From Chrysomallon squamiferum (taxonomy: Eukaryota > Animalia > Mollusca): 64,000 bases of DNA. This document shows positions 38,479-56,920 of this stretch, piece after piece. A program made the translations under genes and the position numbers. Each line of letters opens with the position of its first letter. The first letter of the stretch is position 1. Location: assembly GCA_012295275.1 (NCBI GenBank), contig CM022668.1, positions 2,046,001 through 2,110,000 on the forward strand. Direction: 5' to 3'. Under the pieces are notes generated by a model. The model saw only the letters and a list, made by a program, of their open reading frames with translations, was not told where the DNA came from and did not search any database.

Positions 38479-40110
38479 AATAATATACTCACACAGATAA
38501 AGCACATTAAACTAATACTGACATATGTAACAGAGGTAACGTATTCAATAACTGATCAATATTTATCAATGTATCAATAATATTGTCTGTTGTTTTATTA
38601 ATGATACATACCTTGGCTTAAAAACATACTGACACAGGTAGCATACAGGTAAATTATTCACCTGCTGATCTGCATCAGTCTATCTACATATCTATCTACC
38701 TGTCTATCTGTCTATCTATCACATCAATGTAAAATACAATAATGCTGGCTATTGATTTACTAACAAAAGATACCACAGATCTATAACGACACAGGTATAT
38801 GTACAAGTAAATAATTCTAACTGTGAATGGAATTCAATTACAAATTACTATTTTATAATAAGAATGTTTTTTGAGTGACTGACCACAGAAAAGTCTCAAT
38901 AACAGAATGTTTGTGTGCTCAGCAATCCCACTGAGGTTAGTGTTACAACTCGTGTGTAACTCTAGACCATCCATTTAATATATATCTGTATTAAACATTG
39001 CCTGAAACACTTTGGCAGTATTTCAAACTTCAGTACTGTTCCTTTGATCTGACCATTTTCTTTTGTTTCTTTTGATGGTTTACCAAAAATATTTATGAAT
39101 TGTAGACAGAAAACATTAGATCAAGTTTCTGAGGTTAAAGATGTTTTTTTTTTTTCCCTTTTGATATTGATATAATATTCTTTAAATGACTTCTAGGATA
39201 TTGAATTAATTTTTAAAAAAACAAGACAAACTAAAAGAAGGAAAAGCTGTGAGAGACAGAGAGACAGAAAGAATAAGAATGACTAAAGTGAGACATTTAG
39301 TGAGATAGTGAGATAGGTGAATAAAATGAAGGAGACAGTGAGACATGGAATTAATGAGACAGACATAACCAGAGTGAAAACAAGTAAGATATAGTGAGAC
39401 ACGAAGAGAGACAGTGTGGGACACATAAAATAGAATAGAGACATGAAGTGAGACAAGAAAAGTGAGACAAAGAAAAAAGTGAGAGAAAAGAGACACAATG
39501 TGAAACAAAGAGAAGAACACATATGAAAAGAGACAGAGTGAGATAAAGAAAAACACTAAAATAATAATGTAAACAGAATTTCACTTAGAAAAAGTGATAA
39601 AACCATTTGACTATAATAGTGACTAAGTGAGAAACTATTTGACTATAATAGTGACTAAGTGAGAAAGTCACTAGACACATTAAGACATACAGAGAGTGTG
39701 AGGTAATGTAATTAGCAAACACCTGTCGTTTTAATTAACTCAGGTAAAACAAATACTTGTACCTGAAATTCACTGTTTTGTAATATCACAGCCAGTTAAA
39801 TAGCTGTTACCTACAGCTAAAAAACAGTTAAAAGATTAAATAAATTTCAAAACAAGAAGCATTTAAAATAATAAATATTTTGGTGAGTGTTTGTGTGTAT
39901 GTATATATGTATGTATGTGTGCTTGTCTGTGTGTGTGTGGTGGGTGTGTGTGTGTTAAAAAGAAGAATAATATTATTTTATCTTTATTTTTTAAAAATTA
40001 ATAGAGCTATGGAGACAAATATTTCCCAGAAAAAAATGTACAAGATAGAAAGTTATGAATGTTTTAATTTACAATGTTAAATATGTCTCAGATTACCACA
40101 CTGATTGTAA

Positions 40111-40440
40111 TGAAAATTATTTCAAAACGTACAGTAAATTATAAAATTATTTCAAAACGTACAGTAAATTATAAAATTATTTCAAAATGTGCAGTAAATT
40201 ATAAAATTATTTCAAAACGTACAATAAATTATAAAATTATTTCAAAATGTGCAGTAAATTATAAAATTATTTCAAAACGTACAGTAAATTATAAAATTTC
40301 AAAACGTACAGTAAATGATAAAATTTCAAAATGTACAGTAAATTATAAAATTTCAAAATGTGCAGTAAATTATAAAATTGTTTCAAAACGTACAGTAAAT
40401 TATAAAATTGTTTCAAAACATACAGTAAATTATAAAATTA
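40111..40440. repeat. 30/27 bp minisatellite (aaaattatttcaaaacgtacagtaaattat)
   Basis: About 11 tandem copies; explains ORF 40074-40619. Confidence 0.95.
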
Positions 40441-40832
40441 ATTGTGTTTGTTTTTATACTTGGAGTGTTATCAACAATACCACACCCAGAGATTCAGTCA
40501 GAATAAATATAATACCTTATTATCTCCCCATTTTTCTCTCATATTGTTGTTATTATGATTATTTTAATTATTACTATGTTTTAAATAACAGAAAAAGGAA
40601 AATTATTGAATGTATTTAGTTTTTCAGTATACAGTGTGTTTGTAAATTAGCTATTTACACTAACCTTAGATTCAATTAATTATTTTTGTGCTGGACTATC
40701 ATAAAACAAACATAAATAAATAAATAAATAAATAAATAAAACAATAAATCTACTGAAAGATATTTGTCTTTTATGACCTAACTATTAGTTTTACATTTAT
40801 TTTCTGATAATGTGAAAGACAGCCAGGTTATA

Positions 40833-40905
40833 ACAGGTAAAAACAGGTAAGAACAGGTAAGAAAACAGGTAAGAACAGGTAAGAAAACAGGTAAGAAAAC
40901 AGGTG
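40833..40905. repeat. Short tandem repeat (aacaggtaaga), 7 copies
   Basis: Directly visible. Confidence 0.85.
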
Positions 40906-41269
40906 GTGAATGACTCACCTGCGTGAAGCAGACTAACTTGACTTTTTATCTAATTTTAACATTTTTATTCTCTGTGTAGATGTGCTGTCAGTCTGAATAT
41001 AATCATTAATCTTCTTCTTTATCTGTCTGTCTGTTTGTGTATCTGTCTAATTATCTTTATCCACACAGACTTACAGAAGTGTGCCCACATGTACACACAC
41101 ACACACACACATGCACACACACACATGCACACACACACTCAGACATATAGTATACCTATTTACCTACCTACATACAATCAAACGTGTATATGTACACATA
41201 TACATACAAACACATACATACTTATACATAAACACAAACATACAGACACATACACAAAAACAAACACAG

Positions 41270-41303
<34 letters not shown>

Positions 41304-41444
41304 ACACACAAACACACATACACACACACACACACACACATACACACACACAAACACACATATCTATGTATTAGCAGTCCAGTCTAACTACCTGTCTTTT
41401 CATAATCAAATTATCACCTGTTAATTTACCTGTCTGCCATTCTT

Positions 41445-41701
41445 CATCACAGTGTTACAGAGAACATCACAGTGTTACAGAGAACATCACAGTGTTACAG
41501 AGAACATCAGTGTTACAGAGGACATCACAATGATACAGAGGACATCAGTGTTACAGAGAACATCACAGTGTTACAGAGAACATCACAGTGTTACAGAGGA
41601 CATCACAATGTTACAGAGGACATCACAGTGTTACAGAGAACATCAGTGTTACAGAGGACATCACAGTGTTACAGAGAACATCACAGTGTTACAGAGAACA
41701 T
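41445..41701. repeat. 20/18 bp minisatellite (catcacagtgttacagagaa)
   Basis: About 13 tandem copies. Confidence 0.95.
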
Positions 41702-41785
41702 TCTCTGTTAAAACTGTTACATGCTGTTCTCACAGTAACAAATTTATTTTAGTTATGTTTATTATACCCAGTTATTCACTAAGAG

Positions 41786-42440
41786 TTCATAACTCCACAT
41801 AAATCACATAACTCCTTATAAATCACATAACTCCAGTATAACTTCTCATAACTCCATATAAAGCACATAACTCCAATATATCTTCACATAAATCCATACA
41901 TCGCTTCATAGAAGATGAAATAACTTCACATAATCCAAATATAAGTTAAATAAATGAAAAACTTCATATAAATCCATGCAAAACTTTGTATAAATCCAAG
42001 TACAGCTTCACATAGTCCATGTATAGCTTTATATAAATCCATACAGAACTTCATAAAAATCCATATACATGTTTACATAACTCCAGCTATAATTTCAAAT
42101 TAATGTAGATATAATTTCAAATAAATCCATATATAACTTTGTATGAATCCATATATGATAAATCCACATATAACTTCACACAATCCATATAAAACTTCAC
42201 ATAAATCCATTTAGAACTTCACATAAATCTATGTATAAATTTATATAAATCCATACGTAACTTCATATAAATCCAAGTACAACTTCACATAAAATTAAAG
42301 TATAACTTCATATATATTCAAGTATACTTAATATAAATCCACATATGACTTCATATAAATCCATTTATGATAAATCCAAGTAAAACTTCATATTAATCCA
42401 TACATAATTTCACACAAATACAGATATATCTTTACATAAA
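41786..42440. repeat. Old degenerate ~21 bp minisatellite (cacataaatccatataactt)
   Basis: Recurrent ataaatcca / aacttca motifs at regular spacing. Confidence 0.75.
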
Positions 42441-43005
42441 TCTTCATGCAAGTATAAATAAATTCTTGTATAACTATCATAATCAGATGACAAAAAAAGA
42501 ATCCACAAAACAGTTATCTGTGTTTCTAAAGGATTTTCAAAATCTCACCAAACTAAACAGCACTTTGAGAAAAAAAACAAATAAGTTATGAAAAATTAAA
42601 AATTAAAAGCCTCAAAAGATTTATTATCAACATTAGAAAGCAAGTAAAAATATAAACACCACAAAAAGGAAAAAATATATAATAAAATAAAGGGCATTTA
42701 TTTTTTAAGTCCTGAAATTTTTCATTAAAAATAGAAAAACACACCATAATAATTTTTTTTTTTTTTTTTTTTTTTTTTTGGAAGCACAATAATGTTTAAC
42801 TTTTTATTTTTTTTTTTTTTTTTTTTACTTTTCAGAAAAATTAAATCTCCTAAATTACAGAAAACTGCAATTAAAGAAATTTATAATACTTTCCAAACAA
42901 CTTGTATAAAAAACACACACACACACACACATAAAAGTATATTCATTTCCAACCTCAAAGAAACAACCAATACACCCATAAGATAAAAAAAATACTCACA
43001 CTTAC

Positions 43006-43253
43006 AAAAGGAAAACGAAGAAGAATTTCTATCTAAAGTCACAAAAAAGTTTCTGAATATTTTCCAAAATGTCCAAAATATACAAATTTACCAGTAAAAA
43101 AAAACTAGATAATGTGACTGAACAAATTCCTGGGACAGTCACTTGATGGTGGCAGAAAACAGTGATGTCTTCTAACTGTTTGTGTGTGATCACTGGAACT
43201 GTTCACAAAAACCCTGTGAACTATGTTAAGTGACTGATTGGCACGTTTTTATA
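43006..43253 (-). promoter_or_regulatory. Candidate alternative promoter and non-coding first exon
   Basis: TATAAAAA on the minus strand at 43253-43246 followed ~240 nt later by a |gtaagt donor at 43005. Confidence 0.3.
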
Positions 43254-44054
43254 GCCTGATTACAGACCTGTATCCACCACACCTGTTCTGTTCATTTAAT
43301 AACAGGCTACAATCAGGTCAGGCTAGACAATTAATTTCATTGTTTTCTGCAACACTGAAAGTGTAAAAGAAAAGTGTATGTGTTTTAGGTTTTAGTTTTT
43401 AAACAAATGGGGATTCATTAAGTTGACACCTTTACTTAAAATGTAACAATAACATCACAGGTAAAGTCTTGTTTGTTTAGTAATTTATAAATAGTTGGGG
43501 GGGGTATTTTATTCATTTTTTGTTTGAATTTGCAGTTGTTTGTATAAAGAATTAACTCAAACAGGTAGCAACACAGGTAACGAAATATTAGAAACTGACT
43601 GATCCTGTTTCAGTATTTCATGAAAAACATTATAAATAGATCATTATAAATACAATAGTAAAATAAAATTAGGTTTAAAAATTAAAGAAAGAAAGAAAGA
43701 AAGAAAGAAAAATGAGAAGAAAAGAAAAAAAGAAAAATATAAGTGACTGGTTGAGAGAAAGAATCAAAAATGCTAAGAATGAACAGAAAAACTAAATGAA
43801 TGAATGAAGAAAGATGAAAAATTACTTTATAAAAGGAAAGATAAAAGGAAGAAATTAATATAGGAAGACAGAGTGGAAAAAAGAAAAGAGAAATGAATAA
43901 TGAGACTGAAGGACAAATGAATTAAGAATGAAAGAATAGAGCTGTCAGAGTTCAGTACAATATAAAATACAAGTTACAGTCAGTATGAGTAAAAGAAGAA
44001 GAAAAAATAGACAAGAAAGAAGAAAAAACAAAGGAAGAAAAAAGGTCTACTTAG

Positions 44055-46762
<2,708 letters not shown>

Positions 46763-47479
46763 TAATTACCTGAACAGTAATAATTAATTAGGTAAAATAA
46801 AACCAATAAATGTAAGCTATCAATAATTTACAAGTTTTCTACTTTAGTCAAAACAGTAAAACATCTGACATTGACAAATTAAATCTTTGTGATGTTTTAT
46901 ACACAAATATTTGTATCAGTGTGTTTTATTGTTGTTGTTTTTGTTTTGTAATTATGGTTAATAACAATAATAATAATAATGAAGACGGTTGTGTTCATGA
47001 TGATGATAATGAGATTATAGTAATGAGAATGATGAATATGAAATGATGATGTAATATTGATGATAATAAAGAGGGTGGTGTTGATAATGATGATTTTTTA
47101 TTGTTATAATGCGATGATGATGTTGAAAATGGTGATGATGTTGAAGATGGTGATGATGGAAATGATGTTTAAGATGATGATGATTGTGGTGATGGTGGTG
47201 AAGATGAAATGATAAAAGTTTAAAATGGACTAATTGTGATAACATGTCTGTGTGTGAGCCTGTCTGTCATGATGTTTTGTATTTGTCTGTTATGAGAAAT
47301 GGAGTAGAACATCTGGAATTTACATTTTACAATTTACAGGAGAGAACAGAAGCACAACTGAGGTTTGGGGTAAGAGAAAAATGAACTATAAATCTTGTTA
47401 CTGACTGATACTGGTCAAAAGTTCATCCTAATTACAGGTGTTGTATTTATCTACCATACCTGAATGGTTTTTACATATG

Positions 47480-47512
<33 letters not shown>

Positions 47513-47949
47513 GTTGTATATATTAATGTATATAAAATAAACCAATCTATACAGACAGGTCAAACCACAACAGATAAAAATCAACTCATTATTGACAGGT
47601 GTAGACTCACATAAGCCCTGTTCAGTTATTGAGTACCTGCACAACTGATGTGAAACCTTCATGTTTAACTGCCAGTAAGTGAAAAGAAATACTGATAAAT
47701 CTCATCCAGGTAACCTCAATCACAGGTGAATCAGGTAAACCTGTATCCCCCCACTCTCAACCACCAACCTAATAAGGTATCAGATTGCTAAACACCTTGA
47801 AAAAACTGTGACCATGTGAATGTGTGACTGACTACCTGCAGAACAACAAAGAGTGTAATTGACGTGTTATTGTTCAGGTGAACTGGGTGGTTACCAGTTG
47901 TAGATTTTCATAAAAAGAGTCATTTTCTGTCTTGTCAGTGGCTCACTTC

Positions 47950-48621
47950 AGTTGTTCTGTTATTTCTTGTTCTGTTCTTGCTTGTTCTGTTATTGCTTGT
48001 TCTGTTATTGCTTGTTCTGTTATTGCTTGTTCTGTTATTACTTGTTCTGTTATTACTTGTTCTGTTATTGCTTGTTCTGTTATTACTTGTTCTGTTCTTG
48101 CTTGTTCTGTTATTACTTGTTCTGTTATTACTTGTTCTGTTCTTGCTTGTTCTGTTATTGCTTGTTCTGTTATTACTTGTTCTGTTATTGCTTGTTCTGT
48201 TCTTGTTCTGTTTCTTCTGTTCTGTTATTACTTGTTCTGTTCTTGCTTGTTCTGTTATTACTTGTTCTGTTATTACTTGTTCTGTTCTTTACTTGTTCTG
48301 TTCTTGCTTGTTCTGTTATTTGCTTGTTCTGTTATTCTTGTTCTGTTATTGCTTGTTTGTTTCTGTTATTGCTTGTTCTGTTCTTGTTCTGTTATTACTT
48401 GTTCTGTTATTACTTGTTCTGTTATTACTTGTTCTGTTCTTGTTCTGTTGACTTGTTCTGTTATTACTTGTTCTGTTACTTGTTCTGTTCTGTTCTTTGT
48501 TTGTTATTGCTTGTTCTGTTATTACTTGTTCTGTTCTTACTTGTTCTGTTCTTACTTGTTCTGTTCTTACTTGTTCTGTTCTTACTTGTTCTGTTATTAC
48601 TTGTTCTGTTATTACTTGTTC
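47950..48621. repeat. 15 bp minisatellite (gttctgttattactt), ~45 copies
   Basis: Tandem units; explains the three overlapping ORFs at 47932-48642. Confidence 0.95.
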
Positions 48622-49414
48622 TCTTTCTTTAACTCAGAATAACTGAAAAAGTGGAAGTCCACACATTCAGAACTCTACCTTCATAGCTAGACTGTATATG
48701 TACACACAAAATATATATATACACAAATACATACATACATAAATCCATACACACACACACACACTAACACACCAACATATATCCATGCATTCATACATAC
48801 ATACATACACATACATAAACACATGCATACATACATATATATATATATATACACACATTTACATGCAAATATAAATGAGACGTTCTCACAAACACAGACA
48901 TACACCTATACTGTTATATACATACCCATGCAGACACACATACACAAATACACACACACAATAATGTACACACAATAAGGAAAGATATTTCATATCCAGT
49001 CATAGTGATTTACTACATAATCCAGTTTACCTGGCTGTGATCCAGTTACCTGCCTGTCTTGTATCCTTTCATCCCTGATCACCTGGACTCAATTCAAATT
49101 ACAGGGATTAGTAAAATTACAGGGATTAGTCAAATTACATGGATTAGTAAAATTACAGGTGTTACTCAAGGAGGAGACAAGGTTACATACCACTCAAGTC
49201 AGTGTATTTATTATAAGCAAGGCTAAGATCTTTACTTTTTACTTAGTTTGCAAATATTTATAACTGTATTCAGTAACCAAAATCTGTAACCACAATATTT
49301 AACAGTAGACTGTAACCAGGCACTGTATCCAATACTCTGAAACAACACAGTAACAGATCTGTGTAAGTATGTTGTTACTAGGTCTTGTGGCCAGACACTG
49401 AAACCATACTTTTG

Positions 49415-49662
49415 TAACCAGATTGTGTAACCACACAGTAACCAAGGCCGTATAACCAGACCTTGTAACCACACAGTAACCAGACAGTAACCATGCCCTA
49501 TATCCAGACCTTGTAACCACACAGTAACCAGACCCTATAACCAGAGCTTGTAACCACACAGTAACCTGGCCCTATAACCAGTCCTTGTAACCACACAGTA
49601 ACCAGACAGTAACCATGCCCTATAACCAGATCTTGTAACCAGTTTCTTTAACCAGATCTTGT
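49415..49662. repeat. TAACCA-based composite minisatellite (taaccagaccttgtaaccacacagtaacc)
   Basis: 4-5 diverged higher-order units. Confidence 0.8.
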
Positions 49663-51307
49663 AGAAAGACAATTTAACCACACTCTGTTATCAGACAAGT
49701 TAAATGTGACAACAACAACAACAACAACAACGTTATTTTGTTACTGCAGGGCTGGTTTGAGCTGAAAAGATTTTTCTTCACTTTTAACCAGACATCATAA
49801 CCGGTCAGTCACAGGCAGGTTGAAAGAGAAGAAAAGAATTTTCCTGCAATAATGAAGCAGTCACACACAGGTTAAACGTGGTATTCACAAATTACACAAC
49901 ACTACTCAGCTGTTGTGACTTTTTTCTCTAACCAAGAATTAGAAATGAAAAATGTCAAAGTAAAAGATCAACAAGAATAACCAAGTGATTGAGCAGTTCA
50001 CACAGAACAAATACTGGCAGGGTTTGTGCTTTCATCGCATCATAGCCACAAAACATGAATAAACATGAAGTTAACAAATGAATATTCATGGATGGCTGAA
50101 TTAATTAACAGGAAAAGATCTGCATAAATGAATGCATAAGTAAGAGTGTGATTAGAAGGAAGGAATAAAGAGGAGATAGATGAATAAATGAGTTAAAGAG
50201 TAAAAAAATGAACAAAAGAATAAAACTGATAAATGAATGAAACAAAGAATGAAGTAACAGAATAGTAAAAAGAAATAACTGTGAATTAAAAAAAAAAAAA
50301 CAAAAAACAAAACAAATATTCGTTCAGTAAGTTATATGTAAGTTTGATATGTGCAGTTGGAAATGTATATAAAGTGATGTCATATACACAAACAGAAAAC
50401 TGACAATAAATAACAATGAAGAAATAAACAATTGCTATGATTCAACAGAATGCTCTGTTGATTAGCAGCAAGAAATATTTTTTATGAACCTTCCCACAGA
50501 CAGGCATAAACCACAAAACGCTGATAAACAGTTCATGAGGTTTTTGGCCGGAATGGGAAATTGTCCAACTTGGAGCAATAAAGAAGAATGAGAAAAGTGC
50601 ATCTGACAATACAGGTTCATGTATGATCAAATACACACAATCTGTGAAAATAATAAACAAATAAATGTTGAAAAATAATAAAGATGATATGTTAAAAATA
50701 ATGTAGTTATATAATAATGATGATCATGATGAGATTATGTTGAAACTGATAATTAAGAAGATTATCTATGAAGACACATGATGATAATAAGATTATGATA
50801 AAGATGACAAGATGTTTATCAAGATACATGAATGACAATAATGAGATTATGATAAAGATGAAAATTAAGATGATTATCTATGAAGATACATGATGATGAT
50901 AGACAACACTGACATCTGACAGACGGTTTAAGAGCTGACCTGGTCAGTAATAGCAAGATTTAATAGTATTCTGATGACCACTGTTTTAAAGTGACCACCA
51001 CTTTAATCAGATTACTGGAAATCTCCAATGAAAACCTAACTGACAAAAAGAAACATTTCACAAGCTGCAGAACACTGTGACATTCTCTGTGTTGTTGTAT
51101 CCTACTACTGAAACATCTGGCAACATAATTAATCATGCAGATCCATTACCAAGTACTGCATTCACATCTTAACAATCATTAAACACAGCTAGCTAGCCAA
51201 AATGTATATTCAAACTCACTCTGTGAAAGAATCAGACATATATAATATAGCAGACAGACTGACAGATAGATAAATGAGAAAAAGCCAGTGGGAGAGAGAT
51301 ATAGTTT

Positions 51308-51370
<63 letters not shown>

Positions 51371-51398
51371 CAGAGAGAAAGCTAGAGATAAAATGAAT

Positions 51399-51439
<41 letters not shown>

Positions 51440-51730
51440 AAAGAGAGAATTAGAGACAGGAAAAAAGTGATATAAAGAAAAGATGTATTAAACACCCAAA
51501 CATGAGACACACCTGTCAAACAACACACTTAATCTATTCTAAAAATAGACATTTAAAATCATTCTACTGCAAGTGCACAGACTACAAGTAACAGTCTGGT
51601 ATACATAATTAAACACTAATTACACACACATGAAATACCTGTCTATTATTCATTGTCTAGATTGGCCTGGTACTGTTAATTACTTTAATTCATGACTATG
51701 CATATCACAGTACAAGCACCCCCTCACTCA

Positions 51731-51784
<54 letters not shown>

Positions 51785-52258
51785 TTGATATACATGCATG
51801 CTTATATACTATTCACACATACACAAGACACACAGTCATACATGCATGCATACAATAGACACATATACATACTATTAATGTGTGTGTGGTTGTATGCATG
51901 CATATATATGTATACAAATATACACATGTCTATAAAGAATTGTCTTTAAACATATTTAAGAATAAAAAAGTATCTGTGAATACAAATGTTTTCTATATAA
52001 ACAATGGCCTGTAAGTACAGATACTAATATAAAAACAACAACTGGTTTAAGCAGACATCTGTAAAGACCTGCCTATGATAACAGATATCTACAAAACAAA
52101 TTTTATAAAAACTACAATCACAGCCACATGCTTAAGACTATTTGTCTGTAAAGAACAAACTATAACTGACTTTATGGTGCAGTAAAACTGTGCAGAGAAT
52201 GGAAATCAACGTAAAACAAGGTTTATGTTCAGTTGTATAAGAAAATTCATAAACGTAC

Positions 52259-52340
52259 CTGAGTAGGCGAGGTCTGTCTGTGAGAGAGAGTAGGACAAAG
52301 ACTTGTTTGAACTACACAACCCTGAAACACACAGTGACAT
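52259..52340 (-). CDS. Candidate alternative first or cassette exon (MSLCVSGLCSSNKSLSYSLSQTDLAYS)
   Basis: CAG|gtacgt donor at 52259; ATG at 52340 gives phase 1, compatible with the 29097 acceptor; an internal tttcag| acceptor at 52322 gives a 63 nt exon. Confidence 0.4.
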
Positions 52341-53509
52341 ACAACAAATACCCTACTTCCCCTCATCTATAGCCCATTTCACAATTACATGCGAACCCGA
52401 AACTCAGTCTTTCGTGATGTTTTGGACAAACAGCTCATTTGTATTTGTTCCTTGACCTACTGAGTGCAGGTAAACAAAAAGTAGAAGTTTTTTATATACC
52501 AACAACACATTTCTCTTCACCTGTGTAAATATATATATATATATCTATTATTCATGAGTAAATAGTAAAAAAAAAAAAAAAATATATATATATAAATATA
52601 TGCATAAAAGAATTATTATTAGAAAAAAAAGAAGAAAAAAGGTATAGTACAAATAAAGAATAAATATTTAAACGATCAGAAAGCATTTAAAGTTATCAAT
52701 TGTTTTATTGTTTTAATACCATTGTTATTATATAGTTATTTCAGTGTTATATATTGTTATATTGTATTATTGTTATTGTACTGTTATAATAATGCTATTG
52801 TTGTTACTATATAGATATTTTATTAATACTATTATGATACTGTTGTATCAATGTTTACTGTATTCTTCTGTTATTACTTATTACTGTGTTATTTCTGTAC
52901 AGGTTGTACCCAGGATACTGGGAGAGAATCTATTAGATTTTCACACTGAAACAGACTATAGTGTAGTGTCTGCTGTTTAAATAATTCACCACTGGTCAGT
53001 GACAAAGCACTGGGGGGGGTGGACTGACAAAGGATGGGTGATTACCATAGTGATCTTATTATCAGCATATTGGTCAAGCTGAGGAGAAAAATCTTATCTG
53101 AGCAGATGAAAGGAAAATCTGACAACTCCACAGACAGGGGTCCTGTTTTTCCTTTTCTTTTCTTTTCTTTTCTTTCTTTCTTTCTTTCTTTCTTTCTTTT
53201 TTTTTTTTTTGTACTGTAAAGGATGATGGAAAATTTTCTGTTATTAAAATATCAGAAACTATAGTTTTATTGCTAACATAATGCTGTTTTTTTTGTGTGT
53301 TTTTGTATATGTGTCTGTGTGTCTGTGTTTTTTTTCTATTCTAACTGAAGTTCTGTGTCTATAGTTTATTGTTTGTTTATTGGAAAGGTGTATGTTTAAT
53401 ATCCTTTGTTACTAATATTTGTGTGGCAGTGGATTATTTTTCTAATTCTATAATACCATGAACAACATTTGTTTTAAAGTATTCAGTATCATATTAAAAT
53501 TTCTGAATT

Positions 53510-53800
53510 TACTAAAAATGGCATCATAGATATTGATATGTCATTACAGTAATAATGATATCACACAGAATGTTATGTTTATGATATAATTATGACCTCA
53601 TATAAATTGGTAGTAGTATAATGACATCATAGATAATTTATTGTTATAAAAATAATGATATCATAGATATTGTTCATTTGTAAAGTGATGTTGATGTCAT
53701 AAATATCGTTATGTTCCTACAGAAATGGTGACATCACAGATATTATTTTTCATAATAATGACATTATAGATATTACTAATGCAGTGATTATGACATCACA
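53510..53800. repeat. Degenerate ~37 bp repeat (atgacatcatagatatt core)
   Basis: Core motif recurs about 8 times at roughly regular spacing. Confidence 0.6.
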
Positions 53801-56800
53801 GTTATTTTTCTGTTAGTTATGTTTTGTCCCTTATACAAACTCCTCCATTAAACTTCAAAACATATCTGTTTCAAAATGTCAGCGTTTTTCCTTATAGCAG
53901 ACATGTTGAAACTGTTCTCCTAATGAAATCTGACAGAGAGATTTACTCAACTAGATCACCTTGAAAGTTAACTTCTGTTAAAGTTCAAAAGGTAACAGTT
54001 TACCTCAGTGTGAGTCAGGTGAAAGAAAACATGACCCACCCAGAATAATTAGTTCTGCTCTCAGGTAACAGAAACTGTCTCTGTTTTTGACAAGTGAAAA
54101 TGAATTTGTGAGACGCTCGTCACAAAGACGTCTCTTTCCACCAGCTTACATTCCTGACAGTTCTTCTCTCTATCACAGTGCATGAACAGACAGAAGGATG
54201 AATGGATGACTGGACACAGGTAGCACATACACACACAAACACACACATACACATATATACATACATACAAACATATACATACACACAAAAATATGCATAT
54301 AATGATACATACATACATACGTACAGACAGACATTCTTACAAGTAATATTGAAAACATTTCTATTTTACATTTGTTTCAGATGGATGGACAAACAGACAC
54401 ATGTAATATATGCTGGTTGTGCTTCAGAAAGAAAACGTACTCAACTTAATAACCTAAAATAATGTATGTCAGTGTAAGTTGTTAATTCTTTGTCTCTTCA
54501 AACCTGGTCAACTTCAGGTGTTTTTTTTTTTTTATGTTGTACTTTTAAACAAACAATCACTGATAAATTATGTACATTTAGCAGAAATAAGTAAGTATAT
54601 AAAATCATTTATATGTTTAATCATTTGTGTATAGGTAAACACTTATATTTTTTTGTCATGAATGCAAGATAACATTTGAAATGTGTAACTGAACATTTGT
54701 TAATTAAACTGATTAACTGATTTTACTGATATTAAAAAAGAAAAAAAAAATTATAGACAACAAGAAACAAATATTGTATATCACTGTAACAGTGCTTGTA
54801 ATAATAAGAATCAAAGAAGTAAACTGATTAAAATATTTTCACCATCTCTCTGTCTCTCGCCCCCTCCCAGAGACTCAGTCTTTTAAATTCATTTGGTCAA
54901 GACTATCTGACAGTTTTGATTGTTACATACATAATTAATATACATAGATGTAATTTATAATAATCAAACATTATATCATCATTTTTTTTTATTATTATTA
55001 TTTGAGTGCTCCTAATTATCACTAACCATTTTTTTTCACAAGATTAACTAAAACACAGAGCAGTGATTCTGGTTGTGTCACCTCTGTAATAACTGAGTTG
55101 ATGAAAAAAAAAACTGACTGACTTACATTTATAATATATAAATGTTTATAACTACTATATATAATAGTATTCGAAATGTGATGTTGAAAAACAGAAGCTT
55201 GAAAACCACTAATTTAAATAAATGTCAGGGTTTGCTAAGTATATTCAGCAACTAATAGAAGAAAAAAAATGTTTAATAAAATATAAAAAAATGTGATAGA
55301 CTTTAATAATATTCTGCTTTAAGAATGAATCAATTATCAGAGAGAAAAAGACAAAACAGTTTATTACAATTATTGTCATAAACTTTATGTGTAACTGATA
55401 CTGTCCTTTCATCTGTATATATTAGTGTTATCAATGATTTTTTATTTTCTTTCTGTTGACAATTTACAAATTATTATAATTATTATGTTAAAATATCATT
55501 TTTTTTCTATTACATTCAAAAAAAAATAATAATTAAATTCCTGTTTCATTTTATTAATTCTAAACTTAGACATTTTTTATCTGCTATAAATATTAAACAT
55601 TTAGTTTGACAGGTTTGTCTCTAACACTTAAGATTTTTGTCTTATCTATTTACAATAATTATAACATTCAAATTTAAATTTAAAAAAAAAAAAAAAGCCA
55701 AGGACTTCATTAAGTATGCTACACTTGTAAGGAATTTTCTTGTGTGCAACAAAAACTGTAAATAGTTGAAAGTAGAAAATATGACAAAGAAAAAATTATA
55801 AAAATTGTTACCAATGAAACAATGGTGGTATAAAACTTCTGACATTTTTTAATGTTAATAAAAAAAAAATTAAGTTAAACATTTAAAAAACATGCATATC
55901 AAATGAGAAAAAAGACAAGCATATTAAATAATTAAATTTAAACTGTTTTGACATAACACATACTTTAGTTCTGATTACAAAAAAAATGCCTCAGCAATGA
56001 CTCTGCATATTTAAGTTTCACAGAAACATAAAACAAAAATAGTCTATGTTAAAAGATAAAACAGTGAATGGGCAATGCAGCTGTGCACTGAACATTGTTA
56101 ACAAACACTCATTATTAAGTGAAAGCTATTCTCTGTAAATAAAACAAGTTTACTTTCAAATACAAAATAAATATGACTGTCTATGCATGTGATGCATGTT
56201 TTTGTATATATTATATATGTATGTGTGTGTGTGTGTATGTAAGAATATTTTATGTGTGTGTGTGTCTGTGTATTTAACTGTTTTTGTATTTGTGTGTTTG
56301 TGTGTATCAGTTTTGTCAGGAATCTTTTTTCTACATTTTCCTGTTTTCCCAGATGAAACTGAAAACAGTCGCTCTTCATTCAAACTGTTCTCTCACACAA
56401 TAAATTTTGTGATAAATGAAACAGTTTACTGAATCACTACTTTAGAACTTTATTTTCATGACATTGTTTAACTCATGTCAGTGTGAAATAAAAGATGTGA
56501 TATCCCACACCCCACAATAGTCTCTAGATATCAGACATACAATAGACCTTTGTAGTACTGAATGGCAAACTGAACTCTATACTTAGTCAACAAAGAAGAA
56601 TGTAAAGAACATAATTATTTTCTAAGTTTCATTTGCACAAAAACAAATATTACCATTGAATTCAATAATAATAATAATTATTATTATTATTATAAACAAT
56701 AAACCATAATGACAACAATAACAGTAATAATAACAACTATGACAAATAAATATATTCATGTTTTGAAATGCTATACATTTTAATCTATTATTAATATAGT

Positions 56801-56920
56801 GGAAATTACTTACAACATTATTTTTTTGCTTTTATTTTTAGATTTAGAATGATACTAATTACATTTAATAAATAAAAATATAAACATTTAATGGATTTCT
56901 TACTGATTTACTTAACTTAC

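Noticed and set aside
40074-40619. 181 aa ORF (KIISKRTVNY repeats)
   Set aside because: Translation of a 30 bp minisatellite
47932-48642. Cys-rich or Leu-rich 157-236 aa ORFs
   Set aside because: 15 bp minisatellite open in all three frames
49415-49662. TAACCA repeats as a second telomere-like tract
   Set aside because: No TAACCC runs; embedded in a complex minisatellite unit
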